DNA of 64,000 nt from Octopus sinensis. Its lineage: Eukaryota. The DNA is taken from NCBI RefSeq assembly GCF_006345805.1, contig NC_043005.1:12710001-12774000 (forward strand). The letters are read 5' to 3'. Under the pieces are notes generated by a model. The model had not been told where the DNA came from and made no database searches. It was given only the letters and a program-made list of their open reading frames with translations. Below, piece by piece: positions 1 through 12,712 of this stretch. The position numbers were made by a program, and so were the translations under genes. Within the stretch, counting starts at the first letter, position 1; each line of letters opens with the position of its first letter.

Positions 1-350
1 GACTGCGATCATGCTGGAGCACCGACTTGAAGGTTTTAAGTCGAACAAACCGACCCAAGGACTTATATCTTAAACCTAGTACTTATTCTATCGGTTCTCT
101 TTTCTCCGGACCGCTAACTTACGCAGACGTAAACACACCAACACCGGTTGTCAAGCGGTTATGGGGTCAAACACAGGCACAAAGATACCCCCAACACACA
201 CGCACACACATATATATATGTGTGTATTTGTGTGTGTGTGTGTGACAGGCTTTCAGTTTCCGTCTACCAAATCCACTCACAAGCCTGTGGTCAGTCCGTG
301 GCTATAGTAGAAGGTACTTGCCCAAGGTCCCACGCAATGGGACTGAATCC
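1..350 (-). mobile_element. tRNA-derived SINE family S1 (CORE-like, internal TA/TG microsatellite), partial
   Basis: Reverse complement of the S1 copies at 26851 and 27954; ACCTTGGGCAAGT resembles the MIR/CORE motif. Confidence 0.85.
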
Positions 351-472
351 AATGCATACGTGTATACGTGTGCGTGAGCATTGATATATGTGTATGTATA
401 TTCTGATTGAATCTACCATGTGTTAACATGTACCCCTTTGCGACAACATAAACTTTCATTTAATCAAGATAC

Positions 473-565
473 CCTTGGCCTGAAGAGTAGCCTGCGGTAA
501 AAGACATCGCTTGAATATTTACAACTTCTGAGGTTCCGCTCGCTAAGAAACATATGTATCCCGGA
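473..565 (+). ncRNA. Degenerate type I hammerhead
   Basis: CTGAAGA (480-486), GTAG..CTAa and GCGG/CCGC stem II remnants, GAAAC-ATAT-GTA (547-558); stem I decayed. Confidence 0.5.
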
Positions 566-804
566 CCTCATCTACTCCATTCCTTAATTCTTGTGTTCTT
601 ATTCGCAGAGCCAACAACCCTGGTCGCCTACCGGGATATATAAAAAGAACTTTTTCAGTTTATTCGAAACGAAAAATTCCACAACCTTCCCTATCAATAA
701 ACCGCTATTGTTCCTGAAAATTATTTTTTTTTAATATTTACTACGGATTGCGTGAAGCTAATTTTCTTCCCAAACCTCGATCCTTGGCTCTCATATTCAT
801 ATAC

Positions 805-836
<32 letters not shown>

Positions 837-889
837 ATGTGTGTGTGTGTGTGAGAAAGAGAGAGATATAGATAGATAGATAGATTGAT

Positions 890-958
<69 letters not shown>

Positions 959-1439
959 ACAAAGTGTACGTACGTCGCCATATGTATATAAAAAGGTGTA
1001 CAAAAATGGGACAAGAACGCAAAACATCCAGACAGATGATACAAAAGAGGGACAAGAAAAAACACGGACGGGTCATTCGAAGTTGCAAAGATAATTTGGA
1101 ACTCGACTGAGGAACGAAAACTTCCAATGGCCCGCCCGTGTTTTTTTGTGTCTTTTTATCTATCATCTGTCTGTATGTTTTGTTGTCCTTTTGTATCATC
1201 TAGCTGTATGAATGTTTCGCGTTCTTGTCCCTTTTTTGTATTCCTTTATATATACATATGACGACGTACGTACACTTTGTTCCCTTATATGTAAGTACAT
1301 ATGTATATATATATACATTTTGTACGACTCTCTTATTCTTTCATTCTTTCTTTCTATCAGCCCCTTCATACTTATTTCGTTTTTTCCACTCTTCTTTCTT
1401 TCGTTCCCCCTCTCTCACATTCCTTGGCTTTCTCTTCAT

Positions 1440-2030
1440 TTTCACTTAGCACTCACCCATTTTTTCTCGTCCTTCCCTAATTCTTCTGTCCCTCTGCATC
1501 TACCTCTCTTCTCTCTTGCCATGTGATCTGTGTTCGGCCAAGCCTGACCTTTCTTTCTTGGTGTGACTTCTATTAGTGCAACATCTATGTTCCTCCCCAT
1601 GCCAGTCATCTCTTATGTCCTTGCCGTAAGGTCTCACTTACACACACGCCAGCTTAATATAATTCGTCCTTAGTCGAGAGACAAGTGTTGTTTTATCCTG
1701 TTATTTGCATTGTATTTGTGTACCATTTCTCTGGTTTTTCCCCATCCTTGTTTTCGTATACATTCGCTGCTTTCTCCCAAGGAATTTAATGCTCTTTGCT
1801 TAGTTTTTTCCTTGAAGCTATCCAGATTGGAGCAATCTCGACTAAAACCAGCCGAAATTGCAAAGATAATCTGGAACTCGACTGAAGAAAGAAAACTTCG
1901 AATGACCCGTACATGTTTTTTTCTTGTCTCTCGTTTGTATCATCTGTCTGGATGTTTTGTTGTCCTTTTGTACCATCTAGGTATCTGGATGTTTTGCGTT
2001 CTTCTCCCATTTTTTCTATTCCTATATATA
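1440..2030 (+). repeat. ~600 bp dispersed repeat; second copy at 51680-52200 (-), partial fold-back copy at 957-1282
   Basis: Colinear similarity, e.g. TCTGGAACTCGACTGA..GAATGACCCGT and CCTTAGTCGA..; ends in (TA)n. Confidence 0.75.
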
Positions 2031-2034
2031 TATA

Positions 2035-3055
2035 CTAGTAGTATCGCCCGGCGTTGCTCGGTTTTGTAAGGGAAATAACTATATAAGCGTTTTTAGAGAG
2101 TTACTTCCCTTATAGATGCCAATTCGGGCTTTCTTAGCCATTTCTGTTTTGGTGTCTTCAAGTCATGAAGTCGTTGTTCTAAAAGAACGCTGGTCTCCTT
2201 GACAACGCTTTACGACGTTGATTTCCTTACACTCCCTTCCCCACAGCTTCCCGAGGGAGGGAAGAAGGGGGAGAAGCAAACAGGTGCAGGTGTGACCATG
2301 GACGCCAACTCCGCCGCCATCGACACACGAAAAATTATGCATTAAAATGGAATAAAAAATGATGTTAAATTATTTTTAAAATCGTAGACTCATTGTAGAC
2401 GCGCGCTAATACTCAGACGGGCTTGATATGAATCACGACTATAAGATACCCGAATTTGGTTAAACTGCACCGCAAAATGTAGGAGTAGTTAGGAATCTAA
2501 ATCGAAGGGGACAGACACTCGCACAACTACAGTTTTATATATACTAGCAGTATCACCTGGCGTTGCTCGGGTTTGTAAGGGAAATAACTATATAAGCATT
2601 TTTAGAGAGTTACTTCCCTTATAGATGCCAATTCGGGCTTTCTTAACCATTTCTGTTTTGGTGTCTTCAAGCCATGAAGTCGTTGTTCTAAAAGAACGCT
2701 GGTCTCCTTGCCAATGCTTTACGACGTTGATTTCCTTACACTCCCTTCCCCACAGCTTCACGAGGGAGGGAAGAAGGGGGAGAAGCAAACAGGTGCAGGT
2801 GTGACCATGGACGCCAGCTCCGCCGCCATCGACACACGAAAAATTATGCATTAAAATGGAATAAAAAAATGATGTTAAATTATTTTAAAAATCGTAGACT
2901 CATCTTAGACGCGCGCTAATACCCAGACGGGCTCGATATGAATTACGACTATAAGATACCCGAATTTGGTTAAACTGCACCGCAAAATGTAGGAGTAGTT
3001 AGGAATCTAAATCGAAGGGGACAGACACTCACACAACTACAGCTTTATATATATA
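2035..3055 (-). mobile_element. Two head-to-tail copies (~509 bp) of a non-autonomous Helitron
   Basis: Each copy ends (minus strand) in a CCG-AGCAACGC-CGG hairpin about 9 nt before CTAG (CTAG at 2035-2038 and 2544-2547); copies are near-identical. Confidence 0.85.
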
Positions 3056-3269
3056 TATATATATATATATGCATGCACAGATATAGATGTGGAATATATA
3101 CATATACAGTGCTGCCGGTGTTGGTGGTTCTCAGTCATTCCACTGAGAATCCACTTGTTCCATCAACTAAGTTACCTTGCAGCAGACATAAAGAATAAAT
3201 GGCTTCGCATTCCACAGACATCATTCTCGGGCAAAATCTTAGAACACAGTTTGTGTGACCATGTCATAT

Positions 3270-4270
3270 CTTTTGAATAAAATGGATGTGAATAGTTTAT
3301 ACTGCAAGGGAATAATAAGAAAATAGGTGGATGAGTGTTACCATGAATGCAGAATTTAAGAAAACGTATGCTTAAATTTCCATCTAGATTGAGAAAAGTT
3401 TTTCTTAAAGAATAGGTTACGCAAGACTCATTTACGAAATTGGTAGAACCCAAATGAGTGCAAGAGAGATGTGAAGAAAGAAAGATCAAATTTTAAAGGG
3501 CAGAAGCTCAATTCAGTGCTTTTTATAGAGACAAAAATGATAGGGGATAAGAGAAGGAAAGTAACTTCGGTTTAAGAATGGAGTACAGATGAAGAAGATT
3601 CAGGCTTTAACTTTAGCAACAGAGGAACACGTTCTAAAAGCAGATAGGAAATAATAAATATGCAACTATTGCTTACACAAATGTAGAATGTGCAACGAAG
3701 CAGATGATATCAAAGATGCATATTGCTTCAGAAGATCCTGAAATATGTCCGAAAATATAGACATAAAATAGCTGCAATCATTCACTAGAAAATTTGAAAG
3801 AGGTCCGGTAGTGTTTGCACGGAAAAGATGCACGATTATTTTCGAGAAACAAAGTTGAAACTCATTGAAAACAGTAAACTGAATTTGCTATAAATCGTTC
3901 ACCTACATACCGGTAAAAATAGTAGACAACAACCCTGATATTGGAGACGTCGATGAAAAGAATCTGTGTCATATGATGGATGTGACACACGCATTTGATG
4001 CCAGAACCAAGAAAAATATCAAAATAAATAATGGAGTATTATAGCGATTTGAACTATGATATTATCAAATGCTGGAGTAAACAAGCTGAGAAGGTCATGA
4101 TCTTGCCAATCATCATTGAGACCTTGGGGAGTGTAACGAAAAGCTTGAGAGTAATGTTTAGCAACCTCGATCTTAATCTGGGAGTGGCTGATATACAGTA
4201 ATTTCTTTTCTTGAATCAGCAAGAATTGTTAAGAAATTCCTTGGTACAAACAGCCTGAGAAGCCTTTAAT
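3270..4270 (+). mobile_element. Highly decayed R4-clade LINE 3' half
   Basis: Manual translation gives KCRMCNEADDI (CCHC start, ~3680), NNPDI..MMDVT and ILPIIIETLGSVTK (RLE), with many stops and frameshifts. Confidence 0.7.
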
Positions 4271-4384
4271 AGAAGCGATAAGAATAATTCTGATTCAAGA
4301 CTACTGATATGTAATGTAATTAAATCAGTTAAACATCAGTTCCACATAATACGGAATAGTAATGGTGGCCTGTTTTGCCAACAG

Positions 4385-4995
4385 CTATTATAATTTCTCG
4401 TATAGGCAAAAGACTAGAAAATTGGTGCGATGGGCAAGTATTGTACTTCGTTTCCAGCATTTGACTGATATTTTATTTTATGGCCTTTATAAGGATAAAA
4501 AGCAGGTTTGATCGTAGAGAATATTGGAATCAGAGCGTGATAAACTGTATCTAAATATCACTATTCTTGTTGTCCGTCGCTCTGACGTTTTCGCCAACCC
4601 AACTCCTTCATAAAAATAGTAAAAATGATTAAAATGGTTTCAAATTTTGGCACAATGCCGGCAGTTTTAGTGGAAGTGGACAAATCGATTACATCGACCA
4701 CAGTGCATGAATGGTAATTATTCCATCGATCCCTAAAACCAACATAAAGTGTCAGAAGTGGAGTCTAGCATTTTGTCAGATATCCTAACGATTCTTCTAG
4801 TTCGTCACCTTCGTAACAACAACAACAACAATAAGCCTTTCTATTTTAGACACAAGACCTGAAATTTTAGGGGAAGAGGTTTAATAGATTACATCGACCC
4901 AATGACCTTGGCGGAATTTAAAACTCAGAATGTAAAGACGGATGAAATGTCGCTAAGCATATTATCCGGTGTGCTAACGATTCTTCCAGCTCCTT
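4385..4995 (-). mobile_element. Cluster of three decayed SINE S2 (tail A) copies
   Basis: Repeated CTAGAAAATTGG / CCTGAAATTTT..ATCGATTACATCGACC..CTAACGATTCT segments at ~4385, ~4640 and ~4832. Confidence 0.65.
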
Positions 4996-5149
4996 TAGGA
5001 CAATACAAAGATAAAGGACAATGGGGATGTGCAGAAAAACAATAAAAACAATAACAAGAAAACTGCAACCAAAATATTTAACTTTGTTCTTATATTCTTT
5101 TGCTTTGATAGTATAATGAGTCTTTATGGGGTGGGGGCCTAAAAAATTT

Positions 5150-6502
5150 TATAATTCTTATTCTCTGGTTAGTTTTCATACGATTTCACACACACTCGGT
5201 TCAATAGTTCTACTGAGCATTCTATTCCGATTCCCTTTATATTGCTCTTAATGCCTTCTGTTACTGTTCCCAAGGACACAACAATAATTGATGCTATCTT
5301 CAATTTCTTCATTTTCCCCACCCGGGCTCTTTCGTGTTTTGTATCTATTTTATCGCCATTCTTCTTGATAATTTGTGGGTCAGTGGGGCACGCAGCATTA
5401 AGTATATAGCACACGTGGTGCACCTTATCCACCACCACCACCACTAGGTCCGACTTTTTATGCATTAAGGAACTTTCTTGTCTTCTTGTCGAACTCATTT
5501 ATTTCTTCCCCTGTCTACTTCAGAATTCAAGCGCCATACCGAACTACTGATCCTGCGCACAAGTTTATTGCAGAAATTATGTTTCTGGGATTCATCTTTG
5601 AAACCAATATTTTTCTCACTCGTCGCAGGTAATCTTTCTTTGTCTTGTCTTTTATATCATTGTGTTTACTTCTATTTGCCTCAAGTATTCCGAAGTATTT
5701 ATATTCAGAATCAGGTTCAGTTGCCTTCATAACTTCAACACTCGGAATACATAAGCCTTCTGTCCTGACTCGTTTTCCTCATCTCATCACCATCATAGCA
5801 CATTTTTAGAGTCCAAATTCCATCTTGATATCCGCACAGACTTGAGTAGGTTGTCCAGGTCTGCCTCCCGTTTTGTGAACAACCTCAAGTCATCCATGAA
5901 TAGTAGGTGGTTCAGTTTTCCCTTACCTCTTCCCATCTCAGACGCCAAATTTGTTGTTTGCAGTATTTCACTCAAGGGAAACATTCCCTGCACAAAGATC
6001 ATTGGGGTTACACTGTCACCCTAGAATATCCGCTCTTGATACCTGATACCTGATACCTGATACCTCTACTAATACCTGATTCCCTGCTGTCAATTCAGTT
6101 TTCCAGCATTTTATGCTGTTCCATATAAGACTTAGGATTTCTGCTACTCCATAAATTTCCATGGTTCTTGTTACCCAAGTGTGTCGTATCATATCGTATG
6201 TTTTACGATAATCATGCTCAGTTCTCTCTCCTCTCTTGCAATTTCTAATAACTAGTTTATCAATTAACAACTAATCCTTCGTTCCCTGGCTCCTCTTTTG
6301 GTACACTTTCTGTCCAATAGCTAGCAGCCCACTTTTTTTTCTAAGCATCCATACAGCTCACTAACCAAAGAACCTGGCAATATATTTCTACATTAACGTA
6401 AGACACATTATTGATCGAAAGTTGGATACAATATCACCCTTGTCATGATCCTAGGCACATAACAATGTCTTACTTTTTGCTATTCAGCTGGGTACAGCTG
6501 GG
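5150..6502 (-). mobile_element. Older, internally deleted R4-clade LINE remnant (RT plus RLE)
   Basis: ORF pieces DYRKTYDMIRHTW, NHLLFMDDLRLF, YKYFGILE..YLRRVRKIL..RYGA, joined directly to an RLE (KKSDLVVV..NAACP..IIVVSLGTV); the CCHC region between them is missing. Confidence 0.85.
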
Positions 6503-6537
6503 TTATTATTATTATTATTACTATTATTATTATTATT

Positions 6538-8114
6538 CTTCAGTAGTTTTATTTTTATTTTTATAGCGTGCTTTCACTTCACTACCGAGCGCAGCTCTGT
6601 GTGCCTTGGGTATGTGCTGTGATTTGTCGTGATGCTCTGATGGTTATTGTATGGAAAGTGTTCTGCGTAGGATGTGTGCAGTGCCTAGTAGTGCAATTTT
6701 CTGTATGTTATGTGTGTTTGTAAGTCCTGGTGTTTTTGTTATGTATTTGTCTGAATATTTTTTTATCATGCCTAATGCACCTACTATGATAGGAATTGTT
6801 TCTGTTTTCAGATTCCACATTCTAGTTACCTCTATTTCCAGGTCTTTGTATTTTGAGAGTTTCTCCTTTCTTTTAGAGACACGTTGTCATCTGCCGGTAT
6901 TGATACATCAATTAGAAAGCATTTTTTTTCTCGTGATCTCTGACAACTATATCTGGTCTGTTGGCCTTAATTTCTCTATCTGTGTGTATCGCATATCCCA
7001 GAGTATGGTTGCTTTCTCGTTTTCTGTGACCTTTTCTGGTGTGTGCCTATACCCTTTTTTCTGTTGTTATTCCATAATGTTGGCATAGCTTCCAATGTAT
7101 GTAAGTTCCAACTCTGTCATGTCTGTGAATATATTCCTTCTTAGCCAGGACTGGGCAGCTAGAGATAATATGATTTTTATTGTTTCTTGTCCATCTCCAC
7201 ATATTCTGCAGTTACTTGTAATATTTCTTTTCATTACATGTTTTGGTAATTTCTGGTGGGGAGGCTTGGTCTTGTGCTGCAATTAAAAATCCCTCTGTTT
7301 CTGCTTTGAGTCCTGAGATTCTCAACCATTGCTGGGATTTTTCTTTGTCTATTTCTTTTGCGTTTAGTTTAGTCCAGTATTTACCATGAAGGGGCTTTTC
7401 TTGCCATCGTTTTATCATGGTTCGTTGCTGTTCTATTTTTAGTTTGGATTCATTTTTTTTTAATAGCTTTTGTTGTTTCTTCATCTTCTTCTTCTTCTTC
7501 TTCATGTTTATTAGGTGGTATGATTTTTGTTTGTATTTGTCAGCTTCCTTAAATACTGAGAACAGTTTTTTGTTTTGCTCGTGTTTTGCCGCTATCTGGA
7601 TCAGTTTTCCTTCCTTCTGAAGTAGATATTTTTGCAGTCCTATGGTGGTTATTTTATAGTAGTTTTCCAGCTGTATAAGGCCTCTACCACCTTCTATACG
7701 TTGTATATATAGTCTTTCTATGTCAGATTTGGGGTGATGCATCCTAGATCCTGTCATTATTTTTCTTGTTTTCCTGTCTATTTTGGTCAGTTCATTTCGT
7801 GTCCAGTTAAGGATATTGTAGCTGTAACTTATAACGGACAGCTAAAGTGTGTTGATACCTATTATCTTGTTTTTAGCATTGAGCTCTGTGTTTAGTATTG
7901 ATCTAACTCGTCTATAATATTCTTTTTTTATTTTCTCTTTCCTTTGTGTGTGTTGTGTCTATCTAGTTCATGGATTCCTAAGTATTGTAAGTTTGGCTTT
8001 GGTCTAATTCTTTTATTTCATTGCTTCATCTAGTGTGATGTTGTTACTCTTAACTAGTTTTCCTCTTTTCATGGTTACTTTGGCGCATTTTTCTAATCCA
8101 AATTTCATATCTAT
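6538..8114 (-). mobile_element. 5'-truncated R4/Dong copy A, near-identical to 8190-9762
   Basis: Colinear with the 3' 1.57 kb of copy B, differing mostly by 1-2 nt indels; own (TAA)n tail at 6503-6537. Confidence 0.9.
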
Positions 8115-8189
8115 TATTATTATTATTATATTATTATTATTATTATTATATTATTATTATTATTAATTATTATTATTATTATTATTATT

Positions 8190-11100
8190 CAGTAGTTTTA
8201 TTTTTATAGCGTGCTTTCACTTCACTACCGAGCGCAGCTCTGTGTGCCTTGGGTATGTGCTGTGATTTGTTGTGATGCTCTGATGGTTATTGTATGGAAA
8301 GTGTTCTGCGTAGGATGTGTGCAGTGCCTAGTAGTGCAATTTTCTGTATGTTATATGTGTTTGTAAGTCCTGGTGTTTTTGTTATGTATTTGTCTGAATA
8401 TTTTTTTATCATGCCTAATGCACCTACTATGATAGGAATTGTTTCTGTTTTCAGATTCCACATTCTAGTTACCTCTATTTCCAGGTCTTTGTATTTTGAG
8501 AGTTTCTTCATTTCTTTTAGAGACACGTTGTCATCAGCCGGTATTGATACATCAATAGAAAGCATTTTTTTTCTTCGTGATCTCTGACAACTATATCTGG
8601 TCTGTGGCCTTAAGTTCTCTATCTGTGTGTGTATCGGCATATCCCAGAGTATGGTTGCTTTCTCGTTTTCTGTGACCTTTTCTGGTGTGTGCCTATACCA
8701 TCTTTTTTCTGTCGTTATTCCATAATGTTGGCATAGCTTCCAATGCATGTAGGTTCCAACTCTGTCATGTCTGTGAATATATTCCTTCTTAGCCAGGACT
8801 GGGCAGCTAGAGATAATATGATTTATTGTTTCTTGTCCATCTCCACATATTCTGCAGTTACTTGTAATATTTCTTTTCATTACATGTTTTGGTAATTTCT
8901 GGTGGGGAGGCTTTGGTCTTGTGCTGCAATTAAAAATCCCTCTGTTTCTGCTTTGAGTCCTGAGCTTCTCAACCATTGCTGGGATTTTTCTTTGTCTATT
9001 TCTTTTGCGTTTAGTTTAGTCCAGTATTTACCATGAAGGGGCTTTTCTTGCCATCGTTTTATCATGGTTCGTTGCTGTTCTATTTTTAGTTTGGATTTCA
9101 TTTGTTTTATAGCTTTTGTTGTTTCTTCATCTTCTTCTTCTTCTTCATGTTTATTAGGTGGTATGATTTCTTGTTTGTATTTGTCAGCTTCCTTAAATAC
9201 TGAGAACAGTTTTTTGTTTTGCTCGTGTTTTGCCGCTATCTGGATCAGTTTTCCTTCCTTCTGAAGTAGATATTTTTGCAGTCCTATGGTGGTTATTTTA
9301 TAGTAGTTTTCCAGCTGTATAAGGCCTCTACCACCTTCTATACGTTGTATATATAGTCTTTCTATGTCAGATTTTGGGTGATGCATCCTAGATCCTGTCA
9401 TTATTTTTCTTGTTTTCCTATCTATTTTGGTCAGTTCATTTCGTGTCCAGTTAAGGATATTGTAGCTGTAACTTATAACTGGGACAGCTAAAGTGTTGAT
9501 ACCTATTATCTTGTTTTTAGCATTGAGCTCTGTGTTTAGTATTGATCTAACTCGTCTATATATATTCTTTTTTTATTTTCTCTTTCATTTGTGTGTGTTG
9601 TGTCTTATCTAGTTCATGGATTCCTAAGTATTTGTAAGTTTGGCTTTGGTCTAATTCTTTTATTCATTGGTTTTATCTAGTGTGATGTTGTTGCTCTTAA
9701 CTAGTTTTCCTCTTTTCAGGGTTACTTTGGCGCATTTTTCTAATCCAAATTTCATATCTATTTCTTTGGTAAATCCATGAACTGTCTTTAATAGTGTTTC
9801 CAGCTGTTTGTCATTTGCAGCGTATAGTTTTAGGTCATCCATATATAAAAGGTGGCTGATCGTTTTGCCGTAACATTTATATCCGCATCCAGTTCTATTT
9901 AGCATATCAGATAGAGGTGACAGTGCCAAGCAGAAAAGGAGTGGAGAGAGCGTGTCTCCCTGGAATATTCCTCTTCTAATGGGGATGTCTTTGGTTTTCA
10001 TGAGTCCCTCTTTTGTTTGGAGGTGTAGGACTGTTTGCCATTTATTCATAGAGTGCTCTATGAATTTTTTGATTGTTGGTGCTACTTTGTTAATGGCTAG
10101 TGTTTCGAGGATCCATGTGTGGGGGATGCTATCAAACGCCTTTTTGTAGTCAATCCAGGCCATACTGAGGCCTTTCTTCTTTCTGTGGCTGTCTTCAGTT
10201 ATGGCTTTATTAATCATTAGTTGATCTTTACAGCCATATGAGCCTTTGCGGCATCCTTTCTGCTCTTCTGGGAACAGTTTGTTTTCGTCCAGGTGCTTGT
10301 TCAGCATTTGTGATATCACTGCAGTAAATGCCTTGAACATAGTAGGGAGGCAGGTCTGTAGTTTTCTGGTTTTTCTGTTTCATTTGAATTGGGAATTAAG
10401 ATGGTTTTCCCCTTCGTGAGCCATTCAGGCATTGTCTCTGGCTCTGCTAGTACGTTGTTAAAGTTTTCAGCCAGCTTTTTGTGCATTCCTGTTAGATATT
10501 TCAACCAGAAGTTGGGGATCTTGTCATGCCCAGGTGCCTTCCAGTTGCTTAGTCTTTGCAGTGCCTGGGTGACTTCTTCAGTTGTTATGGGGGTCCAAAG
10601 TTGTTCAGATGCCGAGTTTGTTATTTTGATACTCCTTTTTTTTGGTGGTTCGTTCGCCGACCATGTTTCTCTCCAGAATTCTTCCAATTCTTCTGCCGTT
10701 GGTGCTGCAGTGACTTCTATTTTATTTTTGCCCAGTTCTTGGTAGAACTTTTTGGGGTTGGAGTTGAACTTTTTGTTTTCTTCAAAGAAGCGTTGGCGTT
10801 TCTTGTACCAGCGGATCCTTTGTGCTTTGACAAGGATATCTTGCTTCAGCTTTTCTTTTATTTCAGGCAAATCTTTCTCTGTGATGTTATATTTGCGGAG
10901 TATTTTTGTTCTCTTTTTGTTGCTCAGTAGCGTTGATTGTTTGCTGATTTCATTAAGAATCGACAGGTCTTTTCTAATTTTTTTTATTTTGCTTTGGATG
11001 TTATTTATCCACAGGGTTTGTTTGGGTGGTGGTACTCCTGTTTGGGCGGGTTTGGGTGAGTATCCAGCTTCTTTTGTGGCTGCAGTGGCTGCTGCGTATA

Positions 11101-12141
11101 TCAAGTCATTTAGTTCAGTGATATCACTTTTTTTTGTTTCAGTGTGGCTAGTTCAGTGACGGCTAGGTTTATGCTGTTTATAATAGGTGTTGTTATTTCG
11201 TTTATTTTGATTCTTGGGAGGTATGGTCGGTGGTCCATTTTGAGCTCTGTGGTTTTCAGTTCTTTGATTATTTTATTTTTTATATTATCATAATCATTAG
11301 GCTCCCCTTCGTTGTTTACATCGTGTTTGTTGGGAATGTTGCGTTTGTCTTCGTGTTTTACAGTTTCAGTGTTTATATTATTGGGCATTGTTGTGTGGCT
11401 TCTATCTACATTTTCCTGGTGTATGTTTTCTTTTAGGTGTTCTATTTCTATTTCTGATATTTTTTTTGTGTTGAGAATGTATCTTCGTACGTTAGCTAAT
11501 TTATTAGGGTTCATTGCTGTATCCAAGTCTATATCTCTATTATTTTCCTTCCATATTTTATATGTATGTGTTGTTGTATTTTCATTTTTTGGGTAGAGTA
11601 CTGCTGTGAAGTATGCGTGTAAGATAGAAATGTATTCCTCACGTGTCCATTTACGTCTTTTGGGTTTTATTTGCGGGACATGAGGTACAACGTCCGGCCC
11701 ATTATTTTGACGGTCGTCATTTTCGTAGGGTACCGGTCCGTTTATTTCTGTTGTCACATTATTTCGCACGTGTAGTTTTTCGTACATTTTTTGTTGTAAG
11801 TTTAATGTACGTACCGCTCGATTGTTATTCTTGGGTTGAATAGTATCGGTGGCATTTAATTTCTTCGTAGTTCCTTTGTACATGGTGTTTGGGGTCGGGG
11901 ATGATCGTGATGTTCCACGCATGTTTACATGTGTTGCGTTAGAGGTGGAGATGATATCGAGTCAAAATACATCATTTTGTTTCGAAAATAGTAATAAATT
12001 TCAATTAGTATTACTTACTCGGATACAGTCCAATTCTTTGTTAGTAAAACTTTGGCTCCATAGGATGTCCTTGTTTTCGATGTTTGTGGATAGATTTCGG
12101 AGCTCTGAATTTTCCCTCTTACATCTTAAACGTCCCCCGGT

Positions 12142-12143
<2 letters not shown>
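8190..12143 (-). mobile_element. Near full-length R4/Dong-clade non-LTR retrotransposon (RLE type), copy B
   Basis: Single long ORF region with ~220 nt 5' UTR and ~100 nt 3' UTR; bounded by (TAA)n arrays on both sides (8113-8189 and 12144-12220). Confidence 0.93.
8287..11922 (-). pseudogene. R4/Dong ORF (~1200 aa): Myb-like, reverse transcriptase, CCHC knuckle, restriction-like endonuclease; broken by several frameshifts
   Basis: Myb-like KRRKWTREEY (ORF 11110-11922); RT motifs YGCKDQL, DYKKAFDSIPH, GIFQGDTLSPLLFCLAL, HLLYMDDLKLY (9660-10340); CRICGDGQETINHIISSC and RHD, then IDVSIP..KY RLE motifs (8287-8976). Confidence 0.92.
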
Positions 12144-12208
<65 letters not shown>

Positions 12209-12220
12209 CATTATTATTAT

Positions 12221-12712
12221 CGCCTTTGCACAACTTCTAACACTGGAGAAGTACTATGGTGTCAGCTGTTCACTACCAGTGAACTAAGGTAACACCTCTT
12301 ATTTTTCGATCACCTTCCGGAGCATTCGAGCGGTTCCATGCAGTGATGTTTTCTGCAAGTGCTCCAACTTTATTGAAGCCCGTATTTGTTTCACATACTT
12401 CTCGAGATTTTTGCTCACTGTTTCCAGGACTCCGAGAATTATTGGTACTACTACCACCTTTTTCATCAACCATAACTGCTTAACTTCCCAAGCTAACCTG
12501 TCATATCCCTCAACTTTTCTTTCTTCCTCATCACATTCCTTGGTGTCACCTGGGCATGCTATATCTATGACGTAGCAGAGTTTGTTTTCTTTCCCAATTA
12601 AGACTATGTCTGGTTTCCTATTCTCTATCTCATGGTTGTAATGAATCATAAAATCCCACAGGATCTTTGCTTTATCATTTTCGATGCTACTTTCGGGTTT
12701 GTGGTCGTACCA
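12221..12712 (-). mobile_element. R4-clade 3' fragment (RLE domain) of a divergent family
   Basis: WYDHKPE..ILWDF..RKPDIVLI..VIDIACPGD..LQKTSLHGTARMLRKV; flanked by (TAA)n at 12144-12220 and 12713-12758. Confidence 0.9.

Noticed and set aside
1100-1140. CTGAGGA/CTGAAGA..CGAATGACCCGTC motif (also at ~1880 and ~51790) as a hammerhead
   Set aside because: GAAU instead of GAAA, no A15.1-U16.1 pair and no stem I; not supportable.
2588-2851. 87-aa ORF in the Helitron as a captured gene
   Set aside because: Not open in the sister copy and no recognisable motif.
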